In this document: piece by piece, positions 47,900 to 61,700 of the stretch
Layout of the letters: every line of letters begins with the position of its first letter
How positions within the stretch are numbered: position 1 is the first letter of the stretch
Source of the DNA: Gnetum montanum
Taxonomy: Eukaryota; Plantae; Gnetophyta
Direction of reading: 5' to 3'
Assembly: GCA_015680685.1 (NCBI GenBank)
Contig: MNCI01001745.1
Location: forward strand, 179,564 to 243,563
Length of the DNA: 64,000 nucleotides
Position numbers and translations under genes: made by a program
The notes under the pieces: generated by a model
Told to the model about the DNA's origin: nothing
Database searches by the model: none
What the model saw: the letters and a program-made list of their open reading frames with translations, nothing else

Positions 47900-50810
47900 A
47901 ACATAGGACTACGGTGGCCTAGCATAGTCCAATCAGACATCTTGATTCCCTTTGATCTCAAGCAATCCATCCATTTCATCTAGCCTCTAGTTGATCCCAA
48001 ATAACCTTCCCATCTCTCTAAACCCTAGTTTCAGCTCCTAGTAGGCTTGAAACATGGCCAAATGTAGTAAATGATGCCACTTTTTTCCTCTTCCCCATGG
48101 CTATGTTGTGGAAACCTAGGGATTACACTGGCCTAGAGTAGTCATAGGGTTTAAGGACCAAATGGACCATGCAAACCATCACACACCTATAACACCATAT
48201 CTTGGAGCCTCCACACCTCTCTAGGATCCCTAAGGACCTTAAAATACTAGTTGATTGACCAAAAACTCAAAGAAACTCCATAAATCTAAGTTCTCACATG
48301 GGACTATACTAGAGACTAAAGGGACTATGCTAGGCTAGTGTAGTCCCAGTAGGTGCCAAGTGTAGTCCACTCAAAATCCATAAATTCATTAGTCATAAAC
48401 CCCAATCCATCCTTAGAGACCTCAGAACCATGCTAGACTAGGAATGGAAGTAAGATTTTAACTTTTTTCAACCCAAATACCACTTTCCAAGAGTGCCTAT
48501 GCTAGGAAATATTAGTCACTAGATGTGGCCAATGTAGTCCATCTAGAAAGCCTCAAAAAACTTATTTTCTAGTCCAACTCACCTTCGAAGAAACCTAAAA
48601 TCCAACAAAGCTAAAGATTGAGATGAACCTTGCCATTCTTTCCCACTTTTTCCCAACCTTAACTATGCTGATGGAAGACTTGGATTATGTTGGGCCAATG
48701 TAGTTCCTACCTAAGCCTAGTGTAGTCCATCCCAAGTTATGAAAATCCACTAAGAAACCATGAAAATTGACCTCCGATAAATCCTAGAACATTATTTAAT
48801 GCTTTTCAGTAACAAATCCTATAATGTTTTATCATTTTTGACCATGATAACCTTGACTACATTGAGGAGGATTGGGACTAGACTTGACCAACGCAATTCC
48901 TACTAAAGCCTAGCATAGTCCACCAAAAACTAGTTAAAATTGGTCAAAAATGACTTAAATCTACTATCAACAAGCCCCAAAACCCTATCTAAGCCTATTT
49001 GACCACCAAAACCTCCATTTTTACTATTTTGACCACACCACCTTGATTACATTTGGGAAAGGTGGGACTACACTAGGCTAGTTTAGTCCCTATCCAAGCC
49101 CATTGTAGTCCATAAAACATTCATGAAAATGGCCATGATAATCTAAATCTATTTCTGGTAAACCGTAGAGTCCTATCAAAGTGAGTTCTAATGATAAAAA
49201 TTCACATTTCCTATCCCAAGGTGTGGCTATGCTAAAGACAGAGAAGACTAAGCTAGGCCAATGTAGCTCTAGTAGGAGGCCAGCGTACTCCACATTCTAG
49301 GGCTTAAAATAGGTTCAACTCAACCAATAGAATGCCATTTTTGACTATAGAGACTTTCTAGCACATATTAGGACCATAATACCTGGGATTTGAGCCAAAT
49401 TTCATCATTTTTGAACTACCACAATCCAACTATGCGAAGGATGACTAGAAGTATGTTGGGCTAGTGTAGTCCCTCTCAAGCCCCAATGTAGTCCACTTTA
49501 GATGGCCCAAAATTAAAAAATAAATGACAAGTCCACTTCCAACAAATCCTAGAACCTTACCAGAGGTTTTCTAGCCATGAAACCCACTTTCTCTCACCAT
49601 TTTTAATAGTTTAAACTTCAACTACATTGAAGGATGATGGGACTATGTTGGGCCAGCATAGTCCTTTCCCAAGCCTAGTGTAGTCCACCTAAATTTTCCA
49701 AAACATTGATAAAAATAGTGCAAAATTCACTTTTAGGAGTCCTAGGGCCCACTAGAGTCAATTTTGGAAGTAAAACTCAATTTTTTCAATTTTTCTAGCC
49801 TTACTAAGCTAAGGAGAAAGTAGGAATACACTAGGCCAATGTAGTTCCTACACAAGCCAAATGTAGTCCACCTCAATTTTCCCAAAAAATTATCAAAAAA
49901 AACTCAAAGTCTATTTTTGGAAGTTTTGGGACACTAGTAGAGTTAATTTTTAGTAAAAAAACTTAATGTTTCTCATTTTTCAAGCTTAACTATGTTGGAA
50001 TATGAGAGGACTACATTGGTCCAACGTACTCATTGCTAGGGCCCAACATAGTCCACTTGAAACTAATTAAAATGCCTTAAAATTGCCCAAATCAACTCCT
50101 AGAAAAACCAAAAACCCTGTTGTAGCATGCACAAACCCTAGAACCTTTGGAAGCAAGCCAATATTTATTATTTTTTAGCTTTTTCCTATCTATAACCCTT
50201 TACTATGCTAGGAACTACATGGTTAGCATAGTCCTAGGATGTTGGACAATCCAAGATCCAAATAGGCATGAAAACTTGTAATTTGCACACCAAAACCCTA
50301 GGCAGCAACACTAGTGACCTTAGAAGCCCATTAGGATAGTCAATTAAGCTCCAAAACTCATAGAAATCAATTTTCTACTCATGACTACACTAAGAAAACT
50401 AGTAACTACATTGGGTCAATGTAGTCACAGTGGGAAGGGAAAATGTGGCAACAAAAATCAATAGTAAATAGCTCAAAATGGCCTAAAATTGACCCAATAT
50501 GACTAGAATCATGCTCCCATGTCTCCCAACTCTAATTTCACCTCATTTCATTTATATAAACCTAATAAACGTTTTCATTTCTTGTGACTATGCTGGGGCT
50601 TGCTAGCCTAGCATAGTCACCTTTGGACACAAGTGATTCCACCCTCTAAAAGATCAAAATAGTGCCAACACTTGCAAATCTCTAATACCCACCCCCTATG
50701 CTGGCTGCCTAGATCATTGGATGCCTAAAAGTGATCATACTAAGCTTGGGAGACTATCCTTGAATGTTGACTACACTAGAGAATGCATGACTACATTAGG
50801 CTTGTGTAGT
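47900..50810. repeat. Degenerate array built on short hairpins GGACTA(C/T)(G/A)C...GTGTAGTCC
   Basis: Recurrent ggactatgc/ggactacac and gtagtcc/catagtcc units every ~120-190 bp. Confidence 0.65.
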
Positions 50811-52965
50811 CACAAGAAAAAGTGTTATTTTTTCTTTAAAACAGCCTTGGAATGACCTCATGTGCCCAAAATCTCTTGACAACCCTGTAACCTCATACCA
50901 TGATTTACTAAGGCCTAAATCTAGTACAATCTAACCCTATTTGACTAGTATTATTCAAGTTTTACTGCATGTATTCTATTTTGATGGATTTGGCCTTGTT
51001 TCATGGAGTTTTGACTTATTTTGACCTTATTTTTGCATTGTTGGCCCTTATTACCATCAGTTGACCTCATTGAGCCTTCATTATCATCACATTTATCTTT
51101 GTTTTCACTATTATAGCCTCTATTGCCTTCTTTCTAGCCTGTGATTAGTGTTAAGTGATGGGGTTTGATTATCTTTAACCATCATTTAACACCATGTAAC
51201 CATGATCTACCAAGGCCTTAAAATGCCAACATGGCTTGCCAAGGTCTTAGACTAGCAACATGTCCCACTAAGCTCTAAAATTGGAAAAAGTGTATTCATA
51301 AATAATTATGTTTGACCTTATGCTACCCCTAGTGACCTTCGTTGATCATGTTTTGTCCTATTTTGGCATCAATTTAATTTGTATTAATCCATTTGCATTA
51401 TTTTAAAATATTTTTTTACATTATTTTATAATTTTATTACACAGATGCCACTTGATGGGCTTATGTTGTCATGCAATATTGAGTTATGAGGATATGAGAG
51501 AAAATTGGACTAGCCTAAAAGCCTAAATGGACTCCTCTCATGATGATGTTAGGCCATAATAACCTAAGCCTTTAAAACCATTTTACTATAGAGCATTGAC
51601 ATCCTAAAGTAGCCTCATGATCATTAACCTTAATGCTAGAAACATCATAGAGGGTTCCTTACCATGATGGTAAGAAGAAAACATATAGGACCAAGTTCCT
51701 CATCAAAAATTAAGCCTACTCATGATCTTATCAAGCCATTGCAATGCAATATTAAATCCATTACACAGCCTTGATTACATGTAACACTCACATGTTTGCT
51801 TGTAGTGTTGGTTACTATTGTTGACAGGTTACAATGGGTGATTAATGTTAATGATTTCAATGGCCAATAACAAGCAAGCCTCCATGATATATTTTGAATG
51901 ATAGAGGAACATCTTTCTATGGCTTTCCAAGACCTTAAAATGGCAACATAATCCACTAAGACTTTAAACTGGCACCATGGCTTACCAAGGCTTGAAATTA
52001 TCAATGCATGTGACCTTTGGTAACCAGGTTTTCTGATTTTTCTACATGCCCTTATGTATTTCATTGTAAAAACATGGTTTTCCTCATCTAGTATTCTTGT
52101 CCTTATAGTTGTGTTTACAAGATGAAGCCTGGAGTCATTGTGGAGGTGTAACCCATCACAAAGACAAGCCACCATGGGACATCAATGTGCAAGATTTGAT
52201 GAGTTTTTCCTATCATTCCAAGATTGCTTATTTCATATCATTTCTATTAGCATTCCCTTGAGTCCAACCCCTTAGCCTAATTATAACCTTTTCTACCTTA
52301 GATGGTAATGTTGACTGATGTTTGATCTTCATGTACTTTGTTCATACGAAATCCCTTCATCATGTTCAACCTTCAAGTCCATTGAATATAGCACACCTCA
52401 TTCAATGGAAAATCATCTATTCAATTAAGTGTAACACACTCACTCAATGGTAAGACCAAGTTAAACCGATCTTGGCAAGAGAAACCCAATGAAGTTTTCA
52501 TCCAAAAAAAAAACACAAAAAAGAAGTAAGTTACCAAGAAGTTGAATATCCAATGAAGCCCAAAAAATAAATCAAAGGCTCTAAACATACAAAGGGAGGA
52601 TCCTAATGATAAAACTAACCTCAAAGTGAGGTGTTGGTTACTCAAACACATTTTCCAAGTGAACCACACATCAAAGCATGAAGTATGAAGCTCAAATGGA
52701 TTGACCAACATGTATGTGTCATACTATAGCCATGTTTTTAATGCTTGAAATGCATTATTAGCCTTCATAACTATTTCCATATCACCTTGTTATCTATTAC
52801 CCTATCATATCCTCATCCCATCATCATGAGCACTCTTGGGCATGGTTTGATGCTACTGAATCAAGCACAGAGAGGGAATGTTGGTGGTGGATACACAGTG
52901 GTGTTTTGTATTCTTTGTCAATGTCTCTCAAGTCAATCCTCTAGACATCAACAAAGAGGATCTGA

Positions 52966-54556
52966 TAAAACACCACCAAAAATTCATGTTGTAACCTTCA
53001 TTTTCCAAATTGAGATAAGGATTCATTATAAATGTAAGATATGTAGTCCATGTCATATAATCTTGTGTACTTCAAATTTTTGAGGCCTAAAAATGCTTCA
53101 AAATTTATAATTGCCTTACTTTCCAAGTAGAAAAAGGTACCTTGTATCTATATTTGGGCTTGAGAAGGCTAAACTCACCTTGGTAATGCATAAAATTGTC
53201 ATTTCAATGGGTTTTTGTAGGGGTATAGCCCCAACTACGCTGGAGCCATTTTCAGTAGACACAGTAGCTATAGTAGTCATAGTAGCCATAGTAGCTAGCA
53301 TAGTGACTATCAAGACCTAGTAGAAGTGCAACATTGGACTTGTTGGAATTTTCATTTTTCCAACAATAGCCAACATAGTCATCCCAAGTCAATAGTAGCT
53401 AACATAGACATCATTCTCCACCAAGCATAACACTTTTTAACGAATTCCACCATTTCTAAAATTTTTAACATTTTTCACATTTTCCATCACTTTTGACATT
53501 TTCCAACAACGTTAGCATTGTCCACTAATGCCAATGTAGTAAGAATGGTTCCAACATAGTCACAAAACTCCATTTACTATCTATATTAAATAAATTGGTT
53601 TTGTGGCTGTAGTCCATTCCAGACTTACCACAAATAGTAACTACACTGGGAGAAGATGATCGTTACAACCTACACATTGACACCAATCTATCAGCAATCA
53701 TGGTAGTGGTGCACAAGTCCAAAAATAGCAACCCTACCATATAAAAGTCCAATATCAATACTATTTTTAGGTCTCCAACTTTTTTCATGTTCAAACATTG
53801 GCATTTTTTACACTCTTGGTAGATCCAATTTTCGGCATGTTACAACACTTTGACACTTTACAACCTTTCATAGCAATTCCATTTCCACAATCACCAAAGC
53901 CCATTGCAACCTCACCTTGTAGCACTATTTGGTAGCAAAAACTAGTACTACATTAGGCACAGAGACTTTCATGTAGCTTCCATTGCTCCAAAATTGCAAT
54001 ACCAATTCCATTTTCATGTTGCAAACCCTATTGGAAATTGATGGAAAGTTACTAAAAATTAGAGCTGGGAAGAAACCAGATCATAGAGTTGTAGTAGGGT
54101 GTAGCCTACCTTATCCAATGGAATTCGAGCTTCTGCAAGCAACTTCTTATGCTTTTGGCACAAAACTTGTACTTTGTGAATCTTTATTCTTTCTTTTTTA
54201 TAAAGTCTATTATTCATGTTGTGCAAGTTTTAGTTTACGCTTATTTTTCTACACTTGTTTCATTTTAGATTTTCAATTATGATACCATCCATTTCCATTT
54301 CTAAATCCATTTATGTTTCCATTTGGCTATTTCTATTTATGTTTACATTTTCACTTTCTATTTCATCTACAATTATGTTTATGTTTTTACAACCATTTCT
54401 ATTTACATTCTATAAGTCCCTAGATGATCGACAAGATTATCTAGGGAATCCTGAGTCTCATTTTCTAGAGGCCCTTGGGATTCTAGGTTAAAGTTGTTTA
54501 AATGTTATGATCTTTTAGTTTTCTAATTCCAACAATCAAAATTTCTAGCACCAAAA
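52966..54556 (+). repeat. 3' LTR of D (~1.6 kb)
   Basis: Preceded by CAACAAAGAGGA PPT; matches the 5' LTR; ends at the TSD. Confidence 0.8.
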
Positions 54557-54561
54557 ACTTT

Positions 54562-57500
54562 GTGTATTAGAATTAAAATAACATTGGAAAAAAGGATTAA
54601 AGAAATTATAATAAAAGGAGGTTCAAGTATTACTTGTGAACAGATTAAGGATGAATGTGTAGGAAAAATTTTGTTCTTGATGCCATATAAACAATTTATC
54701 TATAACTTGTTAAACCAATTTGAGGAGTATGAAATAAAGCATATATGTAGAGATGAAAACCAATTAGTAAATGATCTAGCTATAGTGGCCTTAGAAGTCA
54801 ATTTGAAAAAGATTAAAAAAATATAAAAGTGTTGTAATTAAAGCCAAGCATTAGCCTTCAATATCAAATAATATAGAAAACTTCTAGGTGTTTGAAGATG
54901 ATGAGTAATTACTTAGGTTTCTATAAAATCAAGGAGAATTTGAAAATATGTCTAAAAAAGAAGTTACATTACAATTTAGACCAAATTTTATTTCCAAAAA
55001 GGTAGTTATTCATAAGCATAAATTTAAGAAGAGGTTACTTAAAGGAACAAATGTCCAAGATCTAGAGGATCAAATGTATGAGATGGTAAATCTAGGATCT
55101 AAAGAAAATCCAAAAAATATTAAATATCACCAAGGAAATGATCTAATTTTTAGATAGAAATTGTTATCTTTGTTAAAAGATAATCTAGACAATTTTTTAG
55201 GGACTTATGATGACCTTAAAATATTTAGATATGATGTGATGATTTAGAAGATTCCATTGGTCAAAGATTGTAAAGTAGTTAGGCAAAATCAGAGGAAGTT
55301 TAATTCGTCATTTGAGCTAGTCATTGAAGCTAAAAAAAAGCTACTATAAGATAGAATTATATCTCCTATTCAATATTTAGTCTAGGTAGCTAGTCTAGTA
55401 CCTTTGAGGGAAAAAATGGTGAGATTAGGCTATGCATTGATTTCAAAAATTTGAATCAAGATTTAGAAAAAGATAGATATTTGATACCCAGGATAGATGA
55501 AATGCTAATCAAAGTATCAAGATGTCAAGTATACTCTTTTCTAGATAATTTTTCAAGATATAATTAGATCATGATTTAGAAAAATGATAGATATAAGACA
55601 ACGTTCATCACTAAATGGGGAACTTTTGATTACAGAAAAATGCCATTTGCACTATCAAATGTTGGAGCCACTTTCTAGAGAAAAATGGATATCACATATT
55701 AAGGTTTACTAGGAAAATTTATAGTAATTTATCTAAATGATATTACTATTTACTCAAAGAGGAAGGAACATCACATCACTCACCTTAAGTAGATTTTTAG
55801 TAGATGTTAAAAGTATCATATTTCTTTGAATTTGAAGAAAAGTATTTTTGGGGTAAAGTATAAACATTTATTAGAACATATAATTTGCTAAAAGTATAGT
55901 AATAGATAATACTATAATCAAAGATGTTTAAAACATTGAACATCCAACCAAAAAAGATCCCTTAGATTTTTCTTTGGAAAAATAAATTTCATCAAAAATT
56001 TTATACCAAGATTTACTAGGATTACCAAGCCTTTGATGTACATGCTTAAAAATGATGTGTAGATTAAGAAGACACTAGAATCAGAGAAAGCATTAGCTAA
56101 AATTTTAAAATTCTATTGAGGATGTCCTATGTTTACTTAAATCAAAATTAAAAGAGGATTGCTTCTAGTGATTTGATTGTTGTTGTTTTAACTTAGAAAA
56201 AAGATAGGATGAACCAATAGAATTATTTGCTTACTAGCTTAAAGGTTTTGAATTAAACTAAGTAGATTTAGAAAAACAAGAATTCATCCTGATTAAAGCA
56301 TTGATGCATTTTAAGTATTATTTAGAGATCACTTTAATCCATGCTATGATAATGGAGCCTACTATTAAACAATTCTTGGCTTAGAATGAGATTGGCTTAA
56401 AAATAGGAAATTGGATCACTAAACTCTAAATATTTAAATTTTCCTTAGAATTATGAAAAACTATTAAAGGAATGGGATTAGCCAAATTAATGTCTAAAGA
56501 AGGTGAAACTTGTGTATTAAATCCCTATAGTAAAAATTGATATGATAAAGTTCTTGAATTTTACACTTCAAGGAAAGTCCTAGATAATTTGACTATAGAG
56601 ATTTTCTCAAAAAGACAAATAATTTTTTGGTAAAAGATAGAATCTTATATAGAAAGGATTTTAGAGTCCTATTAGAATGTGTTAGGAATGATTAGATTGA
56701 GCTTGTATTGGACCAATTTCAAGATCATACAAATTTGTGTTATGATTCCCCTAAATCTACTATGCAACACATATTGTGCTATGGATTTTATTAGCCTAAC
56801 AAGTATCAATATATAAGTTCAAAGGTCCAATGTTGTTAAAAATGTTAAATTCATGGGCCAAAAATCAAGAAAGCTAAAGCTTCACTAAAATCAGTAATTG
56901 AAGAGAGGTCATTTCAAAAATGGGGTTTAGATTTTATTGACATGATTACTCCTTTAAAAGTTGGGCATAAATTTATACTTACAACTATTGACTATTTTAC
57001 CAAGTGAAAAGAAGCAAAAAGTTTGAATAAGAGTTCAATATCAAATGTAATAAGGTTTCCTAAAGATCATATCTTAAGTTGTTTTGGTATTCTTGAAGTA
57101 TTAGTATTAGATAATGACCCTGCATTTTAGTCTAAGAAATTCATATGATGGGCTTCTAAGAAATCTATATTTGTATTCTTCTCATCGAATTACTATTCTC
57201 AAGGGACTGTATTAGCCAAGTCTACCAATACAAAGCTTATCTCTTACATTAAAAGATCAATGGAAGGGAATTCTAGTAACTGGAATAATCACTTACAATC
57301 TACCTTATTGAAGGACTACATTAGAATAAAAAATATATTGGAACCTTGCCCTATAACATAGTTTATGATATAGTGATGAGAATTAATAATAAAATTATAA
57401 TACTAGTATCAAAGTTTGTGCAAACATATAGTGAAAAATGGATAAAGACAGAAGCTTGATGTCTCTACTTATCAAAAGGAAAGTTGAAATTGATAAAGCC

Positions 57501-57761
57501 AAAGATAATCTATTAGTAAATGCATCAAAGACCAAAAGATGGTTTGATAGAAAGGCTTTAAAAAGGGCACTCAGAGTGGGAGATTTAGTGTTACTTTGGA
57601 ACATAAGAAGGAGTAATCATAACACATTTTCTACCAAATGGATAGGCCCATTTGTTAGCAGGAAACAAGTGTTAGATAACACATACATGCTATTCATGAT
57701 GGATGGAGCAAAAAAAAAATTTCCATTTAATGCCATCCATATTAAGCACTATTTTGGATAA
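54562..57761 (+). pseudogene. pol: Element E pol remainder: rest of aRH, RT, RNase H, integrase
   Basis: HICRDENQLVNDLA (aRH), IRLCIDFKNLN, TKWGTFDYRKMPF, YLND (~55730), KWGLDFID, DYFTK, VGDLVLLWN...KWIGPF. Confidence 0.85.
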
Positions 57762-58740
57762 CTACCCAATACCTGATAGAGCTAAGGAGAAACAGAAATT
57801 GTAAAAATACAAATAGTTGTTTGCTTTTAGGTTCATAAATAGATTTACTAGGAGTTAATAAGCATCTAAGATAGTTTTTATAATGAAGAGAAATTTGCAA
57901 GAACTTGGGCTATATAACAAGGTATGGATGATACTCCATTAGCTAAAAAATATTGCGTTAAGAGAAATTTTAGAAATATAACAAAAATAAGACCTTTCAT
58001 CCCTTATTTGGATGTTATCTCAAACACATCATGAGAGCATACTATAAAGCTTCAAGCTATGGAGCTTCATATAGTGGTCCCTATATAACATGGTTAGTAG
58101 ATGAATTTTCTTTCATGACGAATGATTTTTCCATTCATGCACATGTTTGGGGAGATTCCTACCAATATTCAAAAATTACAAGGCTAGATAGAAATGATGA
58201 GAATCTGAATGATTTAGATTCATTGGACGAAGTCTGTATCTTATATGTTACCAACCTATCAAGCCAACAAAAGAGTTAATGACTCATATCTCACTTATTT
58301 CATTTTGATGGAAGGAAGATGAACATCTTCTTAGGTCAACCTAAAGATGCATTAACTAGTGAAAGCAGAAGATTGGCTATAGCTAGGGAAAAGACTTCAA
58401 ATCAAGAAAATAAAAAGGCTTAAAATCAAGAAGAGGATAGAAGAACCCAAATTTTAATTAAAATCGAGTATGAAAGAGCTTATGAAAGGAAGGTTCCAAA
58501 TAAGGTCTTGATGACCATTTTTCTTTTTCCATATAACTAGTTATAGTATCAGTATTTAGGCTACATATGTATATCTCTTGCATAGCATTTAGAAAGCATG
58601 GGGTTTTTATACTTTTGATCCTTAAGATTAATTATACATTTCCACAAAAAATATATTTTTTTAAGCTTAGTATCATTGTATATCATTTCATCAAAATAAA
58701 TGGATATTTTCTCATTCCAAGAATTCAACATTGATCATCA

Positions 58741-58760
58741 AAGAGAAAGAGGGAATGAAA
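58741..58760 (+). other. Polypurine tract of element E
   Basis: AAGAGAAAGAGGGAATGAAA directly followed by TGTTG. Confidence 0.6.
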
Positions 58761-61700
58761 TGTTGTTACATTTTGAACATTAATGAAGCAAAGATTAAGT
58801 CTTGAAAATAATTTTAAGGACTATAGATGATTCTTGATAACTCGATAAGATGAGACTTTGTATTCTAGAGCTTATAATTAAATGAATGGAAAGCTTATAC
58901 TTGTGATTTCAAGTATGAAAAGTTTAAAACCAAGTTTGATAGGAGCTATAGTATGAATGAAGCTTCATAAATTATTCTCAAAAGTAAAGTCAAGATCCCA
59001 TGGATTTAAAGAATATGTATAAGCATAGAAAAAATTTTAAATTTTTGTAGTGTAGCCAAGCTTACAAAATATCATTAGGCTCAAATTTTTAGAATCATTT
59101 CTCTATACAATATACTTATGATATGGCCTTGAACTGAGATTTATTGCACACGATATAGCCCTAAATAGAGCCAGTTCACGAAGCTAGGTTTTCAGTTAAA
59201 CTTAAATCATATAGAAAAACTAATAAGATGGAGCTTCTATAAGTTTAATTTAACTCCAGTGAGCACACTTGCTATTTTCTAGAGACCATTAAAAAATTGA
59301 TTTGCAAAAATTTGAGATAAATTTTATCTAAAAAAGAGGCTAGCATTAGAGGAAACAATTGAGCATAAAAAGAAATTTTCATTTTAATAAAAAAGGCTCA
59401 TCTAAAAGGGTTTCATTAAATAAATTTACCAAATCAGCTTATTAAAGAAGTTTTTACAACTAGAAACTAGTTCTACAAGATGTTTCTACTTGATTTAGCC
59501 TCACAAGATCAGAGCAAAAGGAAAGATCAATATCAACTTTTGTGAAATGTGATTTTGTAGAGCTGAGAATTCATTATACAAAAAAGCTCAAAAATAGTTC
59601 TACTAGGCTAAATTTCTTTTAAAATAAAAAAATTAGTAAACAAACATAATTTTGGCTCTATAAAGAAGGACCTCTCATAGAGCTAAAATTCCATTCCATA
59701 AAGAGGCTTAAAATTAAATTTTCCATGTTAGCATTTGTGTATTTACAAGTTTGTAGAATAGAAAAATGGCTCTATCATGTCAACCTTTTCTTTTAGAGAA
59801 CAAGGTCATAAAACCAAAATTTAATCTCATAAGTTCATTTTTTGTTCTCCCACATTAGCTTGTAAAAGAGGTTTGTACAAATAAGCTCCATCACATCAAC
59901 TCGTAGGGAAATCTCTTCTACCATTCATGTAGCTACAAGTTTCTAGAACTGAAAAATAAGTTCTACCATGTTAGCTTTCATGAAGCTTAAAATAGGTTCT
60001 GCAAAGTTACTCTACCACATAAGCTTTAGTGTTAGAATATATTCATAAAGGAAAAATCCAATTCTATGGAGAAGCTCTAAGTGCCACATAGCATACCACC
60101 AAGTCAGCTTGTAGATGGAGTTTGTAGAACCAAATTTCCAATCTACAAATGAGCTCTACCAAGTTAGCAACCTTTAAGCTAGCTCATAGAACCAGTTCAT
60201 GAGGTTTAAATTTAGCTCTAAAAAATAAATCAAAATAAGTTCTATCACATTATCGCATTAAGCTAGTTTGTGAAGCTACAATTCAACTCGACAAATAGGC
60301 TCATTTTTTGCTCTGGCATGCTAGCTCATAACACATTAGCTTGTAGAACTAGTCCATAAAGTTAAAATTTGTCTCTACAAACAAGCTCATCTTCCATTCT
60401 ACCACGTAAGCTCATGAAAGAGTTTCTATGAGCACACTCTACCACATTAGCATGTGCCATGTTAGCATCTACCACATCAACACATGCCATGTCAAAAAAT
60501 AGATGAAGCTCATTTCCTCATCCAGAGTAGATATACTTCATTTTCCATGTTATCCTTTACCACGTTAGCATCTATATGAAGCTTATATTTTCATCTAAAG
60601 AAAACATGCTTCATCTACTACATCAACAAAGAGATGAAGCTTGTTTTCTCATCTATTGCAAATATGTTTTATCTACCATGTTAGCATTTTCCACATCAAC
60701 AAATAGATGGAGCTTCTTTTCTCATCTATAGCAAATATGTTTCATCTACCATGTCAACATTCATCATGTTATTTTACTCCTAGAGCTAAAATTTAATCTT
60801 GTAAAGGAGTTGTACAAATGAGCTTACCATGTCAAATTGTTCTTAGAGTGCTTACATAGAATCCCATGTTGGCTCTATGAAGAAGCTTAAATTAGGCTTA
60901 TAAGCCACATCATCAAAGAAAAGCTCATAATTTAGTTTAACAAGTGCATGCGAAAAGAGCTTTGTCACATTAATTCCGTAAACCTACCTCAACATCTTAG
61001 CTTCTAAGTAGAACAAGCTTGTAGAGCAAGAAAAGAGTTCTATGAAATGGTTTTATAAGACACATCATCTTGGTGGTTCTACAGGACACATTTGAACTCA
61101 TCCTAGGCACACAAAGGGTTACATTTCACACATATGCACATTTTGTTTTAATCTAGCTCACCAAAGGTTAGGACACAAAACATAGAACTACATATTAGCT
61201 CTATGAAGAAGCCCTATAATTATGCTTCCATGTCAAATCTTCAATATATCAAATTAAAATAGCTTTATGGAAAGATTCAAAAAAATCTTTATAGTTGACA
61301 ACAATGTGAAGGATATGCAAAGACAGAAGCTACAAATAGAGTTCAAAATCAAAATAGAGCTAAAGATAGCACATAGTCACCATTGAAATGTGAAGTCATC
61401 ATTCAAGCCTAGAACTTTCATAAAAAAAAAAAAGCTATATTTACATACATATATAGAATGGCATGGAAGTTAATTGATTTAGCTATAATATAGTTGTTAC
61501 TCCATGAAAAAAAAGGTTATTTGAACATGCTAATGGTAGTTACTAGTATTACAAATGAAATTGCTAAAATAAAGCTTGAATTCAAAAAGTCTGGATTTAA
61601 AATAGCATGGGAATTGCTTCAACAAAAATAATGAATTCCACAACTAAACTGATTACAAGAGAAAATAGCACTGAAATAATCCTTAAAGAAGCTTAATGAC

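Larger units (their letters stand above)
41853..54556 (+). mobile_element. Element D: old non-autonomous member of the A/B/C family inserted in the aRH of E
   Basis: TSD GCTTT (41848-41852) / ACTTT (54557-54561); removal restores the YEALCIRIK frame; LTRs start TGAAACA/TAAAACA; gag-PR remnant but no RT or INT. Confidence 0.82.

Noticed and set aside
51720-52175. 151-aa minus-strand ORF in element D
   Set aside because: No recognisable motif, no counterpart identified in C, and located in heavily decayed sequence
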